NCBI GenBank assembly: GCA_050084985.1
Contig: JBITNC010000002.1
Location: 39,804,001 to 39,868,000, forward strand
Direction: 5' to 3'
DNA: 64,000 nt
Source of the DNA: Nageia nagi
Lineage: Eukaryota; Plantae; Pinophyta
In this document: in pieces, positions 54,536 to 64,000 of the stretch
How the letters are laid out: the number at the start of each line of letters is the position of its first letter
Numbering within the stretch: the stretch's first letter is position 1
Notes under the pieces: model-generated
What the model saw: only the letters and a program-made list of their open reading frames with translations
Told to the model about the DNA's origin: nothing
Databases searched by the model: none
Translations under genes and position numbers: made by a program

Positions 54536-54900
54536 ATGATTTTACTGATACATAAGACTCATGATTTTTTAATATGATGCATAATGCAAATGCAATTTCA
54601 TAATTTGTAATGATTGCATGATATAACAAGATGGGTTTTATGAAAATGAAAGGCCCATAGACATATGAATAATATAGAAGAATAACATAAAACTTAACTT
54701 TTGATTGATAACATGCATGACACAAATAAAGTTTAAGAGTCTCCAATGATTGTATGATACATAAAACTAATTTTTTGAAAATCAAAGGCCCATAGACACA
54801 TGAAACATGTGAAAGATTAACATAAAACCTCATATTTGTTTGACATGATGCATGATGAAAATATAGTTTCATGGTCTATGATGATTGCAAGATTCACAAG
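54536..54900 (+). repeat. ~135-bp tandem repeat, partly PPR-derived
   Basis: GGCCCATAGAC at ~54652 and ~54787. The last unit reads LFDMMHDENIVSWSMMIARF. Confidence 0.7.
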
Positions 54901-55759
54901 TTTTCTAAATGAAAGAAAAAAATACAAAGCATAAATATTCAAAAGAATACAAGCTCACAGATAAGGAATATTATGTCACAAACTAAAAAATACCTGATAT
55001 AATCTTGTCTTCCCACATCCCACCTAGTCTCCAAACCCCTTAGCTTGAAAAACTTCAAATGATGAGAAATATTCCCTCAACTCAAAAAAATTGAAATAAC
55101 GAGAGCTCCATCCCCTCAGCTCAAAAAACTTGAAATTATGAGAACATTCCAAGTTCCCCCATGTGTATCCATTTTTTTTTAATTGTTTTTCACTAAGGGA
55201 TGGGTTTTCATCACCTCATTAATTTTTTAGGGGGTGTTTATAAACCAGTCCCTAAAAACTATTGTTTAAAATAAAAATTAGGGTGGTTAAAAATCTTTGC
55301 TCGTAAACCACCTCAAATTACCTATCTCCAATGCCCTTTTTTGATCTAGTTTTTACAAATAAATTATGACATATGATATAAAATAATTTAAATACAACAT
55401 ATGATCCAAAAACTGGATTAGATAAGGAAACCAAATGTTCAACCCTAAAACTTTCCAAGTGTTATAATCCAGTCCAAAAGTGGTAAGTTGCCAAAAATAT
55501 GCTTGTAATAATTAATTAAAGTTATTTAAGCATAAATTTACAACATATTTAAATAATTTTAGAATAAATGTAGATAATATAATTTGAATCTTATTATGCT
55601 TATATTTAAATGATTACATATGATATGAAATATTTTAAATACACCATATGATCCAAAACTTACTATGGAGAAGTAAAGAAATTGTTCAACCCAGAAATTT
55701 TCTAAGCATAAAAGCCCAATCCAAAAGTGGTAAGTTGGCCAAACACTATATTTTTTTGC

Positions 55760-58700
55760 TAGTACAAGCTATCAAAAATCATGCTTCCAGAAATGTATCC
55801 TCAATATCCTAATGTACATATTCAATGTTGCCATCATTTGCATTATCATCTTGAATAGTTTCAAGTTTAACAAAATTTGTTCCTCCAAAGACATCCACCT
55901 TGTATGCTTTAGTGTATTTGATCCCTCTTGGAGGTGATATGAGAGACACATACCAATTGCATTCAATTGAGTCCTATATATAAAAAACTTATTTGGCTTG
56001 CAATGCTAGAATATATGGATCATCTTCTAGTCTATCCCCACGTAATTTGCTCATATTAACTATTATGTATCCCATTTTTTTAGTTTTAATTTGACTCTTA
56101 TTATCAAGAACATTCACCCAATGATATTTGAACAAGGGGTATTCCCACCATAATAAATTCAACAAAATAATTTCCTTGATAACACCATAATATATTATTG
56201 TTTTAGTAACCTAGTTTGTATCTTTTGTACTTAATCTATAACTAACAATTGCATCAATACACATGACATTGTTATGAGTTATCCTTTGTTAATATATGTA
56301 TTTAGTATTATATATATAATTGTTGATTAGATAGCCTCTAAATATGGTTTCAGCTTGAATTAGATCACATGCCAACTATTTTATTGTATTAGATTTATCA
56401 TCATTATATTGTGATTCATATCCTTGAAATTGAAACAAAGAATAATAGTTTAAAATGATTGCAAAATATTATATTATTATAATTACAATTATAGAATATT
56501 ATATTCAAGTGAGCATAATAACCTGATTTTGTAGCCAAGGGATGAATTCCCTAATATGAGCTTTTTACATTGTCGCTTCACCTCTTGCCACTTGAGGGTT
56601 GGATTCCTTGATACTGATCTTATGTTTCCTAATTTGGTATAAATTTTATCAAGAATGATTATATCTAAATAATTTTATATCCTATATTATATATAATAGC
56701 AATAAATAAACATGTACTTACTCTACTTAAGGTTGAACTTCATTCAAGTTCATGAGAATGCTTTGATGGGCTTGCTTAAGAGAAATTTTACCTAAATTAA
56801 AGACTTTTCCATTAGATGTTGGCCTCCCACCAACTATAGTTTTTCTTATTTTTCACTACCTACATTGTTGCATGAAATACGATCATAAATTGCTTCTAAA
56901 TCTCTCATGTAGTCAACACTGAATGAAGTAATTTCCTCGATAATATATCACTTGATAATATAACCTTCAAGCTTAGCTCTATTCTTTACATAGCTCTTAT
57001 AAATCCCTATAAATCTAAGAAAAAAAATTATTTTGATGAGACACTGTAAAAATATTATAAAAAAATAATGGTTTATGAAATTGATGAACACATGTAAACC
57101 TCTCAAAAGGGTACATCGATTGAAATTGTATAGGTCCACATAGACCTATATCTTGAACCACCAAATGAACTGTTATGTGCACCATGATATTAAAAAATGA
57201 AAGGGGGAATTACTCTTCCAACAAACATAAGGTCTCCCTGATATCTTCCTCTAATTTCACCAATTTTTTGAAATCCACCACTTTTGCACATAAATCCCTA
57301 TAGAACATGTACAACTTACAAATGGTTTTTCACACTATCTTATCAAGCATATGTTGTAGTACTATTGGGAGAAGGTTTTACATGAGAATATGATAATCAT
57401 GTGATTTTAGAATGAAGATTTTAAGATCTTTCATAGATACATTTTTGCTAAATATTTGAACAATATCCTTCAGGTACTTTCATGTTCTAAAATGTTTCAC
57501 AGAACCTTTATTTCTTAACCTTTGATAGATTGTAGGGTGCTACTAGAAGATATGCCTTTCCATTATGAGTTTCTACCCATAATGAACTCCTAATCTTCAA
57601 CTCTTTTAAATCATCATGAGAGTTTTTGCTATCTTTTTTTTTTGTACCAATACCTAACAATATCCTAAATAGGCTTTTGTAGATATTTTTATCTACATAC
57701 ATCACATCCAAGTTGTGATGAATTAAAAGATCTTGTTCATAGTTAGAAACATCAAACTAAATTATTCAACATTTGAAATACATACCAATAAATTCAGTTA
57801 TTAAATTGCATGTCATACCTTACAATATGATAGATCAAATAATATATATTTTTTCTTCCATCCTTTAATGCTATCATCATTCTTCTTACTTTTTTTTTGA
57901 ATTACTTGAATCCCCCCAATTTTGTGGGATATTTTGTAGCTTTTCTAGTATTTCACTTGAAGCTAAATGCAATGGTGCTTTACCCCACTCTTCCTTGTTA
58001 TTAAAACATGCTTTTTGATGATGAAATGGATGATCCATAGAAAGAAATATCTTATAGTTACATGGAATTCATATTGGACAAGTGTTTTCCTAACATATTG
58101 GACATGTAAAGAATCCCTTTTTTTTACATCCTGCTAGGTTCCCATATGCATGAAAATCATGAATGGCCCACATAATTATTTCTCTCATATTGAATCTAGT
58201 TTTCTAAAATGCATCAAACATTTCTACTCCATCAGTCCATAGTTTGAGCAATTCAGCAACCAATAACTATATATACATATCAATATTGATTCTTGGTCGT
58301 TGAGGGCTAGGTATTAATAAGGTAAGCATTGATTAATTATTCTTCATCTGTAGCCATGGTAAAAGGTTATACATGACCAACATAATAGGCCAACAAATTT
58401 AGCAAGAACTAAAGTTGGTAAAAGGGTTGAACCCATCGGTTGCCATTGCTAGTAGTACATTACATGGCTCTCTAGCAAAATATGGCCACATGGAGTTTAT
58501 CTTTTTCCATGCTAGAGAGTCAACTGGATATCACATATTACCATATGGACTCTTATGTTGTAAATGCCACCTCATATTCTCTACAACCTCTTCAAAGCTA
58601 CAATAAGAAAGCAACTCATTTCAACCATGTCTAACAATGTTGAGAGAAACAAACACACCAATTCTATTTATACAATAAATTTTTTTACCTATACATTCTT

Positions 58701-59510
58701 TACAACCTATGTAAAATAAAAAAATGCCTCAACAACTTCATAGGAACATTATTATTTCATTTTTTTTAAAATGATGATCAAATTTCCAATGTGATTCACC
58801 ACATTTTGAGCAAGCTTTAAGAATTTCATATTATTTCTAATATAAAATACAATAATTATTGCATGCATGTATTATTACATAATCTAATGCTCATGTCTTT
58901 AGCATTTTCTTCATTGCATATGAGGAATCTAGAATTGTATTACCAATTAGAAGCATATCTCTCAATAATTCTAATAAAACACCAAATTGTCTATCTAACC
59001 AACAGTTTTAGCTTTGAGATGATATAATTTAGATATTATTGATAATTTTGTATATTTTGTACAATCTAGGTATAATGGTTATTTTCTAGTATCTTGTACC
59101 AACCTACATAATTCATCATGATCATATTCAAACTCGATATCATTATCTTGTAGTTCTTGTACACTCTCTAAGAAATTGATATATTCCATTCCAATGATGT
59201 CATCTTGTACACTTCCAATATTTGAATCCTCATCCATGGTGGTGCATGCATATGATGCATATTGGTCATGAGTAGATACTTATTCTCCATGCAAATAAAA
59301 AATGTTATATGTCCTTTCAAGTCCATGCCAAAACAAGTGCTCATGAACCTCCTCAAAAGCAAGAGTTTCCATATTTTAGCACCTTCAACATGGAAATCTA
59401 ATTCTATTGGGATCCATTAAATTATGTTTTGCAAATGTAATGAATTTGAAAACCCCACAAAAATATTGCTTGCTATTTCTAGTTGCATGTAACCATTCTT
59501 TATCAATAAT
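55760..59510 (-). pseudogene. CACTA/En-Spm TnpD transposase pseudogene (Transposase_21 type)
   Basis: Minus strand: IDKEWLHATRNSKQY (transposase-associated domain); IHACNNYCILY...CSKCGESHWK; MRWH...YPVDSLAWK...LAMATDGFNPF...WPIMLVMYNLLPW...MWAIHDFHAYGNLAGC; ORF 57508-57711 DVMYVDKNI; KSHDYHILM. Stops and probable introns. Confidence 0.92.
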
Positions 59511-59736
59511 TCTTGACAACAACTCTCCTTAAAAATAGCCACATTACAGATAATGATGAAAGTTAAACTTCATCCATTCCAAAACAAATAACTTTTTTCT
59601 ACATAAAAAATATCTCTACAAGGTAATTACAAAAACAACATTAAAGGAGTGTATTATCTACCAATGAAGGTATTGGCAATATTAAACTATTTAATCTAAT
59701 GAAGCATTTGGATTCAATACCAAATACACTCATAGA

Positions 59737-59783
59737 ATGTAAAGCAAGTCATGTGCTCTTATTGAGCATGACTTGCTTTGCAT
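59737..59783. repeat. ~20-bp stem hairpin
   Basis: ATGTAAAGCAAGTCA-tg-TGCTC-ttatt-GAGCA-TGACTTGCTTTGCAT. Confidence 0.8.
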
Positions 59784-60366
59784 GATGCAAATAGTTTTAT
59801 GGTCTATAATGATTGTAGGAGACACATAAAATGGGTTTTCTAGAAATGTAGCAAACCCTAAATTATCTAATTGATGATGTTTTGAACAAGTTATCTTAGA
59901 AAAAATATATCCAACCTTTATATCTTATTATGCTTATTATGGAGGTAAGATAACATAGTATTTAATTTCTAGGATGAAAAATGGAACATGCTATGGATTC
60001 CTTCATTGCCTTGATTGTATCACAATAGTTTTATGGCCTATAATAATTGTAAGGTATGCACAAAATGGGTTTTCTAAAAAAGGACCATATATATGTATTC
60101 AAAATATGCAAAAATACATAAATCCCATGAGTATAAGCATAATTATGTAATGATGCATTGTAGGAATAATGCAATAAGAGTCACTCATGTTATTAAAATA
60201 TTACCAGCATATTTTTTCCAACTTACCACTTTTGAATTAGTTTTTGACACTTTCTTAAAGTATAATATTTCATCATATATCCATTTTACACCTGATAAAT
60301 GCATATTCTTAAAAGTCTCTATAGCCTTCCAATTTTTGCATATCCTACAATCATAGGATTATTCAT
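59780..60366. repeat. Further PPR-derived modules in both orientations
   Basis: MHDA...WSIMIVG..NGFS-like reads at ~59780 and ~60030. Segment 60205-60366 matches 47390-47545. Confidence 0.6.
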
Positions 60367-63300
60367 TGATCCATACTCATTGGATGCTTATAGCATACTC
60401 GAATCCTCACTTACAAATTTGAACGAAAATAGTTAACCATTATGAGATCATACAAAATTGCATATAAATTTGAAAGTTGCATAATGTGAATCACAAAATA
60501 GTAATATCAAACACACAACAAGATCAACATAATGATTTTACCCTAGTTCACCCAATGTGGGCTAATCTAGCATGGAATTGGAGCCTTCTCTTCTCATTAT
60601 CTATAGACATTACAATATTACATGCATAGAGAAATACTATCAATACAATGGTAATGTAATCTCCTACAATTACTATAATCTCCTACAGCAAGAAGAAATA
60701 ATCTTAAAACTACAATAATTATGGAATGACTCTTGGTCTTACTTCAAACTATTACAATTCTAAAACCCAAACTCTCAATCTCCCACTGAAGAAACAAGGG
60801 GAATGGCATGCTCTTTAATAAGCCTTGAATTACCTTAGAAAAAACTTCTTGACATTAGTTATGGAAGTTGAAATAGTTTCTCTACCTAACATGTTAATTT
60901 CCCTTCGACTTTGACTACTAACTCATCAAATTTCAAAATGTTGGTAGCCTAGATTTAGCTTTTTGCATGCTGCTGATGGCCTAAAAATAATTGTTGATCA
61001 ACTCCAAATTTTGGTCTTCATATGTCTTCAAGCATAAATACCTCTGGATTGAGAACTACTCCTAAAAAGATAACCTAACATAATCCAATTCAGATCACAC
61101 CTCCCTAATAGAGAAGCATTTGATCCCATAAATGCATAAATAAGGATACCACTCCTTAACTCTGTACCTATCCATCCACTTGGCTTTAGTATTCTTCTAT
61201 CTTTTTAATCTAACCAATCTTACCTCTCCTTGTAGAATGAACCTTCTTTTGCAATATGGAATCCTCGTTGATTTCATCCATAGTGTTAGGAGCTAAGTCA
61301 TCAATAGATGAAAAAACCTGATTTGAACCTGATTCATCTTCAGTCAATATAGATGGCTCATACAATTTCAAATGCTCAACACTCAAAATTTAATAAATAT
61401 TCATATATTATAGTAGGTTCAATCTAAAATCATTCTTACTTACTTGCTTCACAATCTCAAATGGTCCATACCTTATAGGTTTCAACTTCTTGGCTGGTCC
61501 TTGTAATGTCTCCTTAATAATATGCAACCAAACATGGTCTCCCACATGAAACTTATGGTCAACTCTATGCTTTTCATGTCTCATGTTGTACTTCTCTTGG
61601 CTTGTCTCAAGTTGCTCTTGGACTTTCAAATGAATTTGCCTAATCTTCTCAACAAATGTTTTAGCTTGATTTTCCTCTTTCTCAAGTGAATATTCTTCAT
61701 CCTTTTAACTCCCAAAATCATAATCAAAAGGTGAAGGTGGTAAATAAGTAAAAAGAGTATCAAAAGGATTCTTATTAATGGAAGAATGAATTACCCTATT
61801 GTATGCATGTTGGATATATTCAAAATGTTCATTCCAAGACTTAGGATGTTTGCCATAATAACCTATTAAGAGCTAAACTACTATCCTATTCACCACCTCA
61901 ATTTTTCCATCCATTTGAGGATGAAAGGAAATACTCCCCTTAAACCTTGTATCCATCTTTTTCTATAAACATGTCCAAAACTTTCCCAAAAGTCTACTAT
62001 CTCTATTTGAAATAATGGAATTAGAAAATCCAGAATGAACCCAAATATGAGAAAAGAATAAATTTGTAGCATCTTGTTCTATTATAGTCTTTTTACATGG
62101 AATCAAAACACACATCTTGCTAAATCTATCCACAACAACAAATAAATAGTCATGACCCTTCTTATTCATAGGAAATCCTCCCACAAAATCTATTGAGATA
62201 CACTACCATGGATGTGAAGGTACTAGAAGTGGCTAATACAAACCTAATTTTTTGTTACTTGGCTTGCTAGTGCAACATAAAGAACACCCCCTTATGTACT
62301 TGACAACTTGATATTGCATCTTTGGCCAATATACATACCTTTACAAATTGTACAATGTCTTTCCAACCCCAAAATATCCTATAATCTTTGAAGTATGTGC
62401 TTCTCTAATTAGTCCAATACTTTCACCTAAAGGTACACATAATATATTAAAATGATAAATAAGTCTATTTTACAAATGAAATTCATCCAAACCCTCATAC
62501 TTGGTACTAGATGAAGATAACTAATCATACATCTCTCTGAAGTATAGGTCTTGCACATATGCCTCTAAAAATGATTCAAATAAAAAAGGAAGAAATTTTA
62601 GCACTAAGAGGGAACTTACTAGACCCTATTTACATGCTGCTAATGGTCCAAAATAAGTACTGCATGCCTCTGATGGTGTAGAATATGTAGTTACATGTGA
62701 CCTAGAAAGTATATCAGCAACCTTATTATGTGTTCCTTTCTTATACTTGATCACTAGATGAAATTGTTGTATAAAATCCATCCATATATAATGTATAGTT
62801 TGTTGCAATTTTGATTGAGTTTGTAAATACTTTAATGGTTGATGATTAGTAAGAATGATTATTTCTTTTCCTATCAAGTAATGTTTCAACTTTTTAACAA
62901 CTTGAACCAATGCATACATTTCCTTATCATAAGTAGGATAATTCAAAATAGCCCCACTAAATTTTTTAGAATGATAGCAAATTAGTTTACCTTCTTGTAA
63001 TAAAATGGATCCCATGGCATAGTCACTTGCATCAGTCTCTACTTCAAATGATCTCTACAAATTAGGAAGTGCTAGCATAGGTGCACTAATGATTTTTTTC
63101 TTCAATGTGTCACAATATGTTGTTGTTTCCCCCATTGGAAAACTTACTTCTTTCTAGTTACATCATGTAAAGGTGAAGTAATATGAAAAAAATCAACAAT
63201 AAAATTTCTCAAGTATTGGATAGCTTCTAAGAAACTCCTTATTGTAGTTATATTATATGGCCTTGGCTAATCTACTATAGCACTTACTTTACTAAGATCT

Positions 63301-64000
63301 ATATTAAGTTGTCTATGACCAATAACATGGCCTAAATACACCAAAGAATCTTTGCCAAACTCACATTGTGAATGTTTCAATAATAACTTTTCTCGATGCA
63401 AAGTTTGAAACACTTGTCTAATATGTACAACATGTTCTTCCAAAGTATAAGTATAAAGAAGAATATCATCAAAGTATACAACAACAAAATAATCTCCTTG
63501 GTCTCATCACACCTTGATCAACCAATTCCTAAATTTGCCTCCTTATTTCCCCTTGCTCCAAAATTAATTGCTGATTCAAAGCTATGTTGGGAAATGAAGT
63601 ATCAGGTAACAACTAATTATCATGTTGTATATCTTGCATCAGAGGTAGTCCCTATATCTATGCAAACAAGTTAGTAAACACTTGACCCAAATCTTGCAAA
63701 AATAGCAAATTTCAACTTACAATGTTTAGTGACTTGCAAACTACCATTGTGATGCATCCAACCCAAAGGATATGGATTTGGATGGTTGAAAGTTTCCAAT
63801 CCCAAATTACTTACCATAGTTTCTGAGATCATATTTTCTTGAGAACTAGGATCAATAATATAATCTACTTTGGTTTTCTTGATTTGGATTTTGAGGTAGA
63901 ATAATTGAATCCTTTTTTCTCCAATTTCTTAAGGTTATTCAACCTTTTTAATGGCTGAACAATTTACTTTCTCATCAACATCTAAACTTCCCTCAATATC
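60367..64000 (-). mobile_element. Ty3/gypsy chromovirus (CRM-like) element: 3' LTR and pol, running off the window
   Basis: PPT AGGGAGG then TGTGATC at 61099 on the minus strand. LTR ~60367-61099 (left limit approximate). pol remnants follow. Confidence 0.8.
61110..64000 (-). pseudogene. gypsy pol pseudogene (PR, partly deleted RT, RH, IN)
   Basis: KVDYIIDPSSQEN...HPNPYPLGW; EIRRQI*ELVDQGVMRP joined to VVVYFDDIL; ORFs 62626-63015 (YPTYDKEMYALVQ), 61963-62184 (VVVDRFSKM) and 61408-61629 (KLKPIRYGPF). Confidence 0.9.

Noticed and set aside
63490-63680. Foreign insert, or + strand ORF 63396-63674, in the right-hand gypsy
   Set aside because: The minus strand reads GLPLMQDIQHD...EIRRQI*ELVDQGVMRP, which is the RT N-terminus flanked by deletions.

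Overview
AT-rich, strongly CpG/CHG-depleted plant nuclear DNA with no intact protein-coding gene. The TE types and PLS-type PPR fragments suggest a gymnosperm/conifer (inference). The window is a nest of old transposons. (1) 2600-9556: + strand Ty3/gypsy element (TSD AAAGG) with a non-autonomous hAT element inside its RT. (2) 14327-46977: a 32.6-kb minus-strand Tat-type Ty3/gypsy element (TSD ATGCT; order gag-PR-aRH-RT-RH-INT). Its ~6.3-kb LTRs each carry a ~3.4-kb degenerate ORF. It hosts a non-coding LARD-like element (17936-24409), which in turn hosts a TIR element with a 4-bp TSD, and it also hosts a 3'-truncated Ty1/copia element (27627-33562). (3) ~47-60.4 kb: a degenerate CACTA/En-Spm element (TnpD- and TnpA-like ORFs on the minus strand) interleaved with PPR-gene-derived modules that form tandem repeats and an inverted repeat. 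(4) 60367-64000: 3' part of a minus-strand chromoviral gypsy element. The most notable observations are the gene-sized ORF inside both giant LTRs and the conversion of PPR coding sequence into satellite and fold-back DNA within a CACTA element. All alignments and translations were done by eye; coordinates marked ~ are approximate.
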